A stretch of 55,989 nucleotides of DNA, filler included, from Platydemus manokwari (Eukaryota), in NCBI GenBank assembly GCA_037951405.1. It is 6 parts of 6 records of this genome, joined end to end, with 100 filler letters (N's around TTAATTAATTAA, not from the genome) between each part and the next. Parts side by side here need not be neighbours in the genome. Positions count along the whole stretch, not along the records: positions 37,968 to 46,784 come from JBBMOY011344983.1; positions 46,885 to 55,989 come from JBBMOY011299206.1; 4 more parts are not named here. One strand, written 5' to 3'. A program made the translations under genes and the position numbers. The notes under the pieces are model-generated. The model searched no databases. It was not told the origin of the DNA and saw only the letters and a list, made by a program, of their open reading frames with translations. Every line of letters begins with the position of its first letter. Position 1 is the first letter of the stretch. Below are positions 37,868-51,175 of the stretch, one piece after another.

Positions 37868-37967
37868 NNNNNNNNNNNNNNNNNNNNNNNNNNNNNNNNN
37901 NNNNNNNNNNNTTAATTAATTAANNNNNNNNNNNNNNNNNNNNNNNNNNNNNNNNNNNNNNNNNNNN
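37868..37967. other. Artificial assembly spacer
   Basis: Same linker. Confidence 0.98.
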
Positions 37968-40900
37968 GTTAATATATGACCTTACAATTAATAAATGATA
38001 ACAATTAAATTTATTCATTGAAATACAAATTTTAACTCATTTTTATAAAAGCCGGAATCATACTAATACACCTAATAATATTGGAAATATTAATCTTAAA
38101 TAATATTATTTTTTTTAAACAAGCACTAAAGAAAAAATTCTTCATAAAAATATTTACAAATAACATAATCTGATAATAAAGAGTCATAAACATATCCATG
38201 TAATTTTCTAAAAGCGTCATCATTAAACATAATATTCTATTTTAAGGTTACAACAGTAACTTCCGACCTTGCTATGGCTATCTTAAATAGATCACGTTTA
38301 AAATGTAGGTAAAGGCATGGTATCAAGTAAATAAACAAATAACCCTAAATACATTTTAGGAAAAAATTAATCTATAACAGTACAACAACAGAAATGAAAA
38401 GGACATAAATAAACTGAAAAATAGTAGAAATCGCACATTCAGAATATCACTTATTTTTGGAACTCAAATATCTACTTCGAAATCAGTATCAACGACGTAT
38501 TCAGTAATTTTTTAAAATTTAATTTTTTGACATTAGTTACAAGTGGATTACCATTAATTAATAATTAACCAGAATACTTGATATATTTCTATATTTTATC
38601 TCTTTCAACCAACTTTTTCTTTCATAGTTCGATGGCATTGTTGAGTACAACCATTTGAAAAATAATAATTAAAAATTAAAAAAAAATAATTAAATCATCA
38701 AATTTTTATGAATCAATCTGAATTGTAAGCTTGTCCATAAATAGAACTATAATCAATAAAATCTAAAAATAAAATACAATAAGTAGAAAAGATATAGACT
38801 AAAATCTAATTATATTAATAGCAAAAATTAATATATAAAAAGGGTATAAATAACAACTAAACATATAACTAAAACACAAAGCACAAAAAATAATAAAAAA
38901 TCATTCAATATAAATAGGAATAATAGTGATAAGAAGATTTCCTGAAGATTAGTCATACTACTACTAATTGATATTGTATTCATATTACTATTAAAGCTTA
39001 CTAATTGGAACGTTCGAAATTGCTAGAAGCAATTTATCCAATTGATCCCAACAATCATCTTATATAAATATTCTAACAAATTGTTAAAAGTGGAGAGGAA
39101 AAAAGTAGTTGAATAGCTTGTTTTCAATAACCGAGTGTACTAATAACCTTTAAAAGGAAACATTGTACCTGCGTACAATCGTTACCAGATTGTCTATTGA
39201 TTGCCACATTAACATTTCTTGATCAATAACCTTCATAAGTTGTAATTTACTTTAAAGTATGTTCTAAAAAGTCAATATTATTGGAATCGATTATTACATA
39301 CCTATATTGTAACAAAGAATATTCTAATATGAACCAGTTCACTGGTAATTAATTTTAATACCAAACCTAACTACCGATAAAATCAACTGAGGACTCTTAC
39401 GGCACGGCCACAGTAAATTTCTAATATTTATCAATTTTATCAAAATGGAACCACATATTAGAACTGTTACTAAACATTTTGGTTACTTGCCTTAACTTCT
39501 GATAAAATTTTATTTTATTGTAGCGTATCATCATTTGAATTTGATTGTATTGTATCATAGCAGTAATACCTTATTTAAATCGATATAATTATTTTATTAT
39601 TAATCTATAATTTAATCGCATATCTGTTCATAATTACATACACTTTTTGCAGTCAGGTGTACTAAGTAACTATTATTTAAAAAAACGATAGAGTTCAATT
39701 AATTGATAAGGTTGTAACTGTCATTTATATCTCAAATAATTTTCAACTTATTTTGATACACGTTTTAACAAATTCATAGCCTTGATAAACCCAAAATTTT
39801 GGTGAGCCCAACATGACACAAATGCTCTAGGTTATATATTTCAGGCGATTGTTCCCAACAAAAATCTAGGCATCGAGAACATTCAATTACTAACTTCTTA
39901 AATCAATCATTTGGCATCGGGATCAAAATGACAAGAATAATACAATATTAAGGAAGCGATAAAGTAGAAAGCTTAATTAATTAATTCAATTCAGATATAA
40001 TTCTAGACACTAAATAAACCCACAGAAGAATATACAATATAAAGAAATTATATAAAGATATTTACGGCAATCAATAGAGAATTTTGCAGAGGTTTCCCGA
40101 CAGATAACTCAATCTTAAAACAGATATTAAATTTTCATTTTTACTTAAAATTATCATTTAATTAATGCGCTTAGCACTTAAGTTAGCCTAGATGGTACCA
40201 ACAGTCTTTAATAGGTGACATGTTTTTGTTGTTTTTTCTTGTTGTATAACTATTAACAGTTTTATCTCTCATAAATCATTGGTTTTATTTATCGTTTTCT
40301 TTCTGATGAGCTTTAAACAAAGTTTTATTTACTTTTTGGTAAATTTTACGTTTTTAAAAATAAGGTTACTATTTTTAGTAATTAAAATTCTCACCATTCA
40401 AAAAATCAGTCATCAAGGCAAAACATTTTGTAGTAAGATACACGATACCTCTTCAAAGAAAATCTTAGCATTTCAACGAAATTCAATTAGCAAATTTAAT
40501 AATCGTTAATTATGGAAATTAAGATTTCGGAAACCATATTATCCCAGAATTCTTTACAGAAGCCCTCGAGCATTTTATCTGGTAAAGTATCTTCTAGGAA
40601 TCTCCTCTCAAGTGAAATTTTTATCTGTTTAATAAATTGCGCTGTTTAATAAATTTATATAAATGTTATTGGTTGTACGACTAACCCAACCCGTCGATCT
40701 TTCCTATCGGTTGAGTAATTAGAGGCCTCGTTGATTCTTTGTTTTATATAGAAAATAAGATCAACCAAACACTAATTAAAAAGCCTGTATTTTGAACAAT
40801 ATTTTATTATTTTTATCTTGATTAATTTTGGATTCAACTTGCAGACATAAGTTTTCGTCTTATTATTGTTTACTTTATTTGTAGTGTTATTTATATCTCA

Positions 40901-42169
40901 AATATTTTAATCGTTACTATCCCTCTATTAATACTCATTCAAAACAAACAGATTAAAAAACACACACACACACGTAGATAAAATTCAACACTGAAAAAGT
41001 TTCTCAAATTACGATACTTCATTCATTTGGCTTATTAGTTTATATGTTATGAAATCTATTATTCTTGAATGTTCGTGTCAGGTTAGTAAGCAAGTACATT
41101 TCTATTAGATACAAAGTTTGGAATCGATAAATTTAAAAACTTAACTTGGATAAAATTTCCAATAATATTGTAATTTCTTAATCCATTACTGGTGAGATTG
41201 AAACTTTATTTGTGGAGAGAAATAGAAACGATTAAATTTGTGGCCTGTGATATAATTTTGATACTTGGGAAACATTTGTGGCGATAATCTAGGGCAATAT
41301 TTATAATTAAAATAAATTCATTTTATTTCAAGAATTTTATTAACGAGAAATAGTTGTATATTAAAAGGATTAATAAACATTGCTGTTCTGCGTTGTCGAA
41401 CAATTCTAATGAAAAAAGATTTTTTCACTCTGGTTAATTAATAAAATGCGGATAAAATATTGTCCGCAAATACATTAAAATATCTTAATCCACACTTAGT
41501 CAAATATCAAACAAATTTTCGAATAAAAATTATGACGAATAAAAAACTATATCAAAAAACATGTACGCGGTATATTTACAAACAAAGTCAGCTTGTTATG
41601 TATTATATATTGACACATCCTTGCAGAATGTATCATCATAAAAATATATCTGAGTTATTCAAGTGACTAACGTCCTTACAAATATAAAACGTTTATTTAT
41701 TTATGCGATATATGATAGTTATCAAGATCATTGAATAATGATGTCAATAGATAACAAATTCAAATTTTAAAAATATTCATCTATATTTCAATATTTATCA
41801 ATAATTTATAACATTGAAATTAAAATTGAAAAGATATTAAACGGTATATATCGTTTCCAAGTAGTAGAAGTTTTTGTTTTAGAGTCTAAAATTGAATTTC
41901 TAAGAAAAATATCAACTACAAATTCTTATTATTTTGAAAAATTAATGGAAACAACTGCGATTGGACGATAAGTAACATACAAAGCTTCATAATTAATGCC
42001 CATTACAAGGAATGGTCATAATTCTAATTGTAAGTAAATAGATTTTTAAGACCAATGTTACAGGCAAGCTTATAATGGAATTTTGGCTTGAGCCAAGATC
42101 TAATTATATCACGGTATCTATCTGAGATTTGTAAGTTATTGGGACTAATAATATTAAGATTTTAGATAT

Positions 42170-43330
42170 GTTGAAAATCGAAAGATGACGGAAATTCTTC
42201 AGTGTCATTCAAGGAATATGCCAGAGAGTAACCCGGTTTCCAATAATGTCCATCACAGAAACTGTTGATATTCCTAAATTTTCAGAACTACAGACTGGTG
42301 GATAAAAATATGATCGATCGATATCAATAAAACAGAAATCATTGCCTTACTCGATGTTGTAACCCCTCAAAGAAAAGAAATATGTGGATCTACATATAAT
42401 AACTAGAAGTGCAGAGTTCAGAGATGAAAAAAGGCAAAACACAATATCTGGTAAATAAAACAACATGTAGGATTCAAAGATCATAAATGGAAAACGTGAT
42501 ACGGGTCGCCAGTACTGCAACATGGATCGCAATTGTATATAGAGCGCACTTGAAAGAAGGATAAAACCTTAAAATATCAATTATAACAGAAGGACTCACA
42601 AACATGACCTTCAGACCAGGACCAACAGAATTGAAGCAAAGAATGCCATTTATACGGGAACCACTTCCACAGCAAGAAATACACGAAAATTACTGTTAAT
42701 CGATGCAGAGTTCAGGGTGAAAAACTTGGAAAGTACAAGATCACCAGTGGCAATTGTAAACTATTTTGGAAACATAAACGTAACTCCAAGGACTCGAGTG
42801 ATTGAATTTGGAGAGCGGTCTCATGGCATAGATAAGCAGCTTTTCAGAAACCAAGAAGATAAGTACAAATCCGACGAATACAAGAATTAGTGAAGAGTAA
42901 AATTTTAGTTAGCCATGACCTCCAAATGGAATTGAAATATCTCGCATCAGCATTAGCAGCAAAAAATGCAAAAAGGAGCAAGGAAAAAAACCTAAAAATC
43001 AACACCGGTGAGAAAACCCAGAAAATCCAACAAGAAAGCCCTATGAAATCTATTTGAAGAACATCAATATCAAGACATCCACGAATACGATACTGCTTCA
43101 ATTCACGATGACTTTCCGTTAATTAATACGGAGAATATTAATTCAATAACCCAAACATTAATTGAAGATTCCGAGGAAACCACAAAGAAAGTGTGGATGC
43201 CAGGATTAGAAAAAAAATCATAAACAGAAGGAGTGCCTGAAACAAGTACCAAGTAAGTACCACGAGAAAATGAAGAACCGAAAATGAGCTTGAGACAATT
43301 AAAGTTCAGATATCAGATTTCTGTACGAAA
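42170..43330 (+). mobile_element. Internally deleted Ty3/gypsy relic
   Basis: Fragments in pol order: INGKRDTG (protease-like), VNYFG (RT thumb), LVKSKILVSHDLQMEL..AS (connection/RNase H start) and QESP (integrase C-terminal-like). Confidence 0.5.
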
Positions 43331-43599
43331 AGCCTAATCATAAAGAAATAACGATAAGAGGATTTTATTTTTAAAACACCACAAAGAACTCCAAGATAAA
43401 AACAAAGTTATTAATAACATTCAAAGAAAACGATAATTAAATAAATTTCCTTTTAATAAATCGTCGTTTACTTCAAAAAATGATAAAAATATTAACGATA
43501 ATTAAATAAAGTAAAGTAAAATTACTCGTCAGGGTAAAAAATAAATCACTATTTTAAGGGGCATGGTAAAATATATGAATTACACTTAATACCAATATC

Positions 43600-43970
43600 T
43601 ATCGTTATTACCACTTAATTTATCATTTCTACTACATATTATTATTGCTATTATTAATAATAGTAAACAATAATATGTTAAACATGATTTGGTATCACAC
43701 AAATCATTACTATTATTATCATTAGTATTACTTTTCATACTATTATTATAAGGTGGATAGAATCATTATCGATTTTATTATCATTACATCATCACCGGTG
43801 TCAATGTTACTTATGCTGGTAATGTCATTATTTTTACCAAGGATCGTTAAGAATTATTCATAAGATCATTATTTATTATTATCATAATTATTCTTATTAC
43901 AGCTTTTATCATAGTTATCATTATTATTAGTATTTATTATCGTCATCATTAATATTATTGTCATTAAAAT
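43600..43970. repeat. Degenerate ATT/ATC low-complexity tract
   Basis: Period-3 ATT/ATC/ACT variants throughout. Confidence 0.7.
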
Positions 43971-44830
43971 TATCGAAATAAAATGGTAAAATAAATAAAA
44001 AAATGTATAAACATAAAAATTAATTTTAAAAAAGAAACAGAAAGTAAATTCCAGTTAATTCCATGGTCAAGTAGCTGATGTAGAAAATGCCCAACGAATG
44101 TCGGATACGCTTATTGACCATATGAAACAGAAATGGTTTGGATGTATAAAACAAGTTTCCAGTGACAATACAAAATAGTGTTATATTTACTTTTTATAAA
44201 ACATGCTTTTCTCTAAAAAATATTTATTTTCAATAAAAATTTCCACACAGGCTTTCCAGAGTTCATTGTGTTAGTACCAAGATTATATTTGTGAGCAATT
44301 TTCTGATTTTCCACTTGTTTTTATACTATTTTCTTAGGTGGGTTTGTAAAATCATTTTCTTTTTCTACTCTGGTAATTTTATTTATTTCAATTTGATTAT
44401 TCATCATAAATCACACATTTTTATTAGATTAAATTTTTAATTTTCGTCCAGACTATGAATAATATTTTTCATTTCTTAAGTTCATTAAATTTTGTTTCTT
44501 CTCACATTCAGAATGAGACTTTCAACAAGTTAAATAAATTTTTGAACTAATAATTTTTGATGGAAACAAATGGCTCTTTTACTATTTTTACTAAAAAAAC
44601 ATTTTTTCATGAAATCTAAGAAAAGCATGCATAAAATTAAAGTATAGAATTACCTCATAAGCGAAAATTCATAATAATGAAATTAGGTCAAATGACTCTT
44701 TCATTAATTTAAGTCCATCTTTTGATGGCCTCTTTAAATATTTTGCATTTAGGTCTCAAAAAATAAAACGCCGATAACATACAATACTTAATTCGATTAT
44801 ATTTCCAAAATATTATTTGATTTTATCATA

Positions 44831-45263
44831 CTAGTCATTAATTTCTTCCATAGCTATTGAGTAGCCGCTCGAGTCACCATTATAAAGACATGCTAAAAGA
44901 AATACCACTACTTTTGCACAAAAGTAAAGGATTCCACTAAATAACATAAAATTAGCCCAATTTTCCGTTTGGTGGATGTGTTTATTTAGTTCATCAATGA
45001 TTTTTTCTTCAAGAATTTGAGCTTTAACAAAACTTGCTTTCCTGACGTACTGATAATTAATTATAAAACTTTATTTTCAAATTTTATATGAAAAGAAGGT
45101 TACTCACTATCTCCGAACCCAAAACATCTGTGAATTCCACAAATTCGTTGGCCCCTTCTAAACAGGTTTCTATAGCAATTTCATTATAATCATCTCCAAA
45201 AGCGGGGGTGATGTTATTAAATTGCACAAGAGTCATAACTGCTGCCTGCGTTTTTGGAGACAT
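44831..45263 (-). CDS. Putative two-exon small protein with one C-terminal hydrophobic helix (124 aa; may be the 3' part of a longer gene or pseudogene)
   Basis: Exon 45263-45108 (ATG; an acceptor TTTTACAG also opens this frame at 45294), a 58-nt GTGAGT...ATCAG intron at 45107-45050, and exon 45049-44831 open to TAG. Product MSPKTQAAV...SEI/YVRKASF...WANFMLFSGILYFCAKVVVFLLACLY...EEIND. No family recognised. Confidence 0.5.
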
Positions 45264-46784
45264 GTCAGATATATCTCCGTTTGTTCGAGCTAATCTGTAA
45301 AACATGAATAAAGTATACTTAAAGTTTGTTTCTATCTGCACTCATAATTTCATCTTAATTCATCAACAAAGAAACGCACATAATAGTTTTTAGATAGGAT
45401 TTCTTATAAATAACTCATTAGTATTCTTATCCTCAATATTGGAATAAACTCTTTTATCATCACCGTCTTTTTTCAAATTCAAAATTAAATATTGATCCAA
45501 TAAATTTCAAGGTGAGTAGCGGAGAATTAATTAAATTTAATAATTGATCTTCAGGTAACACTTTGAAGAAGGCTCAGAGCAAGAAATATTGTAATCTCAA
45601 ATAAAAATTGGAATTAAATCATTTGTCTTTAAAATTTATTTCTGAATTATTAATGTTCAATTAATTGAAATACTTATTGAAATCTAGAAAAAATATATTT
45701 TAATAATTAACAAAATATTAAATAACTTTTACTCCGTCAGTTCTACTGACGATAAAATACAATCGAAAAAATGAATAACGTTATCGAAGATAATTAAGAA
45801 AAAGAAAGTTGGATCAAATTCAAAGATGGGTTTTGGTTTTTTATCTGTTCAGAAATGAAAAATTTAGAATTATTAATAAATAATTGATTCCAAAATTAGT
45901 TACTCTCATTTCAAACGAATATTCTAACATTATTCATTTTAATTTTTTTCTGAAAAAATAGCACTAAAATCACCAGATGGTGTTCATTCGAATAATTCTT
46001 TTTGATAATAATGGGCATTAACGGATACATAATGTTTTAGATCTTCAATTATTTTTATTTTTAGTACTGGGATTTGAAGTTCATTGAGTTATTCTGCATT
46101 TTGACAAATCACATTATGAATCACAGCTGAGTCAGATGGAAAACGATAATTGGAAAAAGGGACATAGCCACACAACAGCACAGACATAGGGGTTGGCCAA
46201 TCCTACCTATACAAAAACCAATAAGTCCAACAGAAACATGAGAAAGTACAGATCAAATCAAAACGTGATATAAACATTTCATAAAAATTACATACGGATC
46301 TCGAGTATAAATACCGATGTAAAGATAGCCAACTGTTAGTTGGAAGCCAAGTTTTGATTGCGATTTTTGAGACATTGTATTGAATTTTAGAGTCATACTG
46401 AGTAGTACGTAAGCCAATTGAAAACAAAGTTTTGATTTTATTTTTGTATTATTTTGTGAGTCGTACTGATTAATACGTGAGTTAGAACGTCCGCTTATAA
46501 CCTTCGATTTTTGGAGTCATCAATATTTGGTCATTCAGAATTGAACTCCAACAACTTGAATTATTTAATTTAATAAATGAGCAATTTTCAAAATCTTTTA
46601 AAGGATTTTTTGGCTTAAGTTAAGAAAAAGGGTTCTTTGACCCAATTTTAAAGTAATGACTTTTCGTGAGTTTTTTTGTATTAAAATTTATTTGTAATGA
46701 TTTTTTTATGAAATTTTTACATAAAATTCAATTTTAGATTTATAACCAAAATTGAACTCTAACAATCAAAAACCATGTATTCGA

Positions 46785-46884
46785 NNNNNNNNNNNNNNNN
46801 NNNNNNNNNNNNNNNNNNNNNNNNNNNNTTAATTAATTAANNNNNNNNNNNNNNNNNNNNNNNNNNNNNNNNNNNNNNNNNNNN
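46785..46884. other. Artificial assembly spacer
   Basis: Same linker. Confidence 0.98.
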
Positions 46885-46959
46885 GTGATCAACCACTTTG
46901 TTTTGATTTTTGGAGTCGGATTAGAATAGAGATTGTTGCGCTCTACACTCGGTAGACCC

Positions 46960-47021
<62 letters not shown>
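46960..47021. repeat. (AAT)n microsatellite
   Basis: Perfect AAT run; it explains the poly-Leu ORF. Confidence 0.99.
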
Positions 47022-47023
<2 letters not shown>

Positions 47024-47664
47024 TATCATATGTTTCGTTCCTATATTGAAATAACTGTCATGAAAATTTAGAGGTCAATCAATTACTAAATTAAAATTCT
47101 CGACAGGATGCTACATATCAACTCTCTTAGCAATTCTATAGGAATCTATTAAATATTTAAAAATAAAATTCTTTGTATTGCAATAAATTTAATAATTATA
47201 ACAGTAATTTAATATTAATTTTAAAGATTGGTTAGTGTGGACCTATTCAATTTCAATCACAAGACAATGTTAAACGACTATGAGAGCTGTTTTTTTATTG
47301 AAAAGAATTTTTATAAAACATGAAAATATCTCGAAATAGCCCTATTTTTTTAAGGTTGATCAATCTGCTGGAGTTTGAGGACTGTTACCAATCTGAAGAG
47401 GGTCCATTAAAGATAATAATCTGATAATTATCGTGTATTGATGTTTAATAGTATAAATATAAAATATTGATTTATAAAAGTGCCGGTCAAGTCCATGTAA
47501 ATTATTATTATTAAAGAAAAATTGTGGTATATTTTATTTTCATTATATGAGCAACACAAATCCATATCCATATCAATCATTAATTATCGCAGAGATTAAA
47601 TTTAATCATCAAAAATTTCTTTCCTATAACAAGTTCACATAAATAAAGGTACATAATAAACATA

Positions 47665-48690
47665 CAGGGAGTCCATTATATAAATAATTGAGTAAGGTAA
47701 GAACGATCAAATATTGATCCGAATACTTTTAAACAGAAATATGATAATATATTATCATAAGCCGTTCTCCCTGACTCCATATACTCCATTAAACGATTGA
47801 GATGATGGAAAATCGACAATAAGATTAAATTACTATCTTAAGGTCATTTAAAAATCACGAAATCTAGATAGTATTAATGGGACATTTTATAATAAAAATA
47901 AAATGAAGTTTTAGACCTCAAAAATAACAAAATCAATCGCAAATCAATTCCTTCTTTAATTGAAAGATTTGAATCAACTGGACGTGATTACGAATAAGTA
48001 TATGCCAAACCCGTGATGATAACGAGAATAAATTTGGTACAGTTGTTAATGCTGCGAATGAAATAAATGGCACTTTTTACAAAGGAAAAGCATTTAAAGA
48101 TCTTATGACTTCGAAATCTTCTATTTATTACACTCTTACTTGGATCTCAAAAGGTAACCCTATATTTGTTTGGAAAGCCTGATCTGCGACTGAGCTTTTA
48201 TGAAGATTTCATCGATTTTCTCTGGCCAGATTCTCAACTCATGGAGAAAATTATTTAACCACATTGATCAGTTCATTATCACAGTTTTATCTTTTAAGAA
48301 AAGAAAAACTGCTTTGGTGAACATTTCAGTTCTACGCTACACATGATTTGCTCAGGACAGCTTTGAACGATGAAAATTATCTCTATTAATTTCAAAACGT
48401 GCTACCGGGAATTGAATGACAATGATAAATGCTCATGCAGGATGAAGATGCAACTCATGTCTACCGACCCGTCATCAGCTATAAGATTCATAACGCTATG
48501 TTATTTCTTTCTTTTGTCTTTTGTGAAAAAGTGATAGATCAGAGTCACCCTCAAATCTTAAAATGAACTTGAAAATAGAATTTGCAACTCACTGCAAGAT
48601 ATTGATGAAGAACTATGTAGAGTTGTCAAGAAGTTAATTTGTTCTCATTATAATGAAAATAGCGGACATTTTGAAAATAAAATTTGTAAG
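47665..48690 (+). mobile_element. Tc1/mariner-superfamily transposase relic (maT/DD37D-like)
   Basis: TA|CAGGGAGTCCA terminus-like motif at 47665. HTH NRKSIPSLIERFESTG, LDLKR*PY, MQDEDATH, ITLCYFFLLSFVK and C-terminal NSGHFE. Right TIR not found. Confidence 0.7.
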
Positions 48691-51108
48691 TTGAAATCTT
48701 TATTAAATGATGCTTCGGAATTTCGTTGTAAATAGACGAGCTGGAAAAAGCTATTTAAAAATAATTTATAAGTAAAACACATGCAATGAGAACAAAGTCA
48801 ACTAAATATTATTGATGAAAAATAAATAAAATTTGTAATAGATAATGAATTAATTTGAGTTTAGCTGTGAAAAAAAAATTACTGCCTAACATTACAAATA
48901 ATACTGAAATGAAATTATAATTAAAAATTACTTAGAGACAGGATTTAGTAAATACGGATTAATTTGCTGATTACTAGCAAATAGAAAATCCGTTTTAGAT
49001 AAATATAAATCGACTCTAGCATAAAGGAATTATTCTAAATAAATAACTCTCAGATTTATCAAATTACGAACTACTTTGGTGCGCAATAGAGAAAACATAA
49101 ACGGTAAAGTGTTTATTTTTTAAATTGCAAGTGGAAAATTATTCATTAGAAGAGGAAAAAAATAGTTATGAAACTAGTACTACTTGATAGAGATAATTAT
49201 GTGCCGCTATCTCAATTTTGTCCCAAGGATTCGTCTTATTTTTGACCTTAGTTAATTATTTAATCCTTGTCATTTAACTAAATATTATCTACCAAAAATT
49301 AATCAGAAATATACTAGCTGACAGAACGTCGAATTTTTTATTTCTGATGTTTGAGAGTTAGAGATTAAGGTCAATTTTAAGTGCATAGGTAGAAGCTAAA
49401 GACAAATAAAATTTCAACTAATCCCTCGGATTTTTCAAGACAATATATGAACAAGTTATTAAAGGTCGATTATATTTCAAGGACCATACAAGGTTAATGC
49501 GGATAGTTAAACTGATAGGAACTATTGGATTCTTTTGTATATTTGGATTTGGTGTTATTTGGTTGCACTTTATTTCCTACTAATGTGCTCGTTGATTCCA
49601 ATCGGACTCCAAACGATTGGTTACGTTGGATGGAAGTAGTTTATATTGTAAATAGTAATATAATAACTGAATAACGATCACGCACTGAAATAATGTATAA
49701 TTTTGAATCAAAATAATACAAAGAATTGATTACAATTAGTTAATATGTTTGTTAACAAATAACTGGCGAAGCGTGGCTTGCTTAACCAGAGGGCAAGAAT
49801 CACGATACGGGTGAACCGTACAATGAAATAAAACCTATTAAAAAGATGGGAGAAAAACGAAGAGTTATTTTAGTTGATACCGAATCTATCGACACGGTAT
49901 AGAAAGAATACTCAAATATTTCGGTCTTTACCTAATTGATCAACTGTTCGTCTGATGGCGGAGAGTTTCTATGCGCTGATTTCGGTAGCTAAATTCTCTG
50001 ACAGTAGTTGCGTTCGGTGCTGACACTGTTCGTAGTGATTACTGTTCTAGTAATTTTATGGCGACTAGTAAATTTATGGCCAAGTTTTATGTCACTTTTT
50101 TGTCCAATTTTACTGAATTACTGTCTGCTTATATATCAAATCTCGCTGTGTTATCACCCAATCATAATTTTTCTATATTTAGTATGATGTAATTCTATTT
50201 ATAGTTTGTTTATTTATCTTGCTATCTTTGTATTTCATAAATTCCATTTTTGATTATGTGTCTATTTTAGGAATTACGTCATTACTATTTTAGGACTTTG
50301 GTCTATTTTTGTAATTTTAATTATGTGGATTCGGATCCTAATAATATGTAGCTTTTAGAAGTTGGATTTATTTTTTCGCTGTAGTGAATTGTGGCGGTTC
50401 ACCAGTGACCAGTGCTGTTATTTATAGTCGGCTGATCGTGCTTATTTTTCTCACGTAAATAAATCGGTGATTTCTCGCATAATTCTAGTTAATTTATTTA
50501 AATTGATTATATTCTCATGATCCATTCCGCACATTTAATCTATTTAATTAACTATTTTGTTTTTCTCGTGATTTCTTTATTTAATCGTTCACTTTTCCCA
50601 TGCTTATTTCTAATTAACCTAATTTACTTTATTTTGCACTTTCATATTTTTATTATTCTTTATTTACTTATTTTATTCACTTTTTAGCTTCGTTTTTTAC
50701 ATTATTTTATTTTATTATTAATATTATTATTATTAATATTATTACCAATTCGTTTTGTCGACATTATTCTCCACCTCTACCTTTCTCGTCCGCATGCACA
50801 ATCTTATAAAATTACACAATAAAAATTGTTTAATAAAATGATAAAAAATTATTCACAATAGTAAAAATTACACCACCAATTGTTTATTGTTGATATCAAA
50901 ACTATTACAAGCAATTCAATAATATCAAGAATCAATTGATAGTTATATAATAGCACGAATCAGTTTTGATGAAGCAATAATGCTGATTGTTCTTCTCGGA
51001 AGCAATAGTGCCGGATTGTTTTCCTTGAGCGTTATTCTTCTGATCCGTCTATAATCAAATTTCCTATAATGTTATGTAAGCTATGGTTGGGCTTAAAATG
51101 TATATGTG

Positions 51109-51175
51109 CAGTAATCAGGTTATGTGTTATATGTACTATGTTTATGTACAGTAATCAGGTTATGTGTTATATGTA
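51109..51175 (+). repeat. Exact 27-nt duplication, period 40
   Basis: CAGTAATCAGGTTATGTGTTATATGTA at 51109 and 51149. Confidence 0.95.

Noticed and set aside
46833-47024. Poly-Leu ORF / signal peptide
   Set aside because: Translation of an (AAT)n microsatellite running into a gap.
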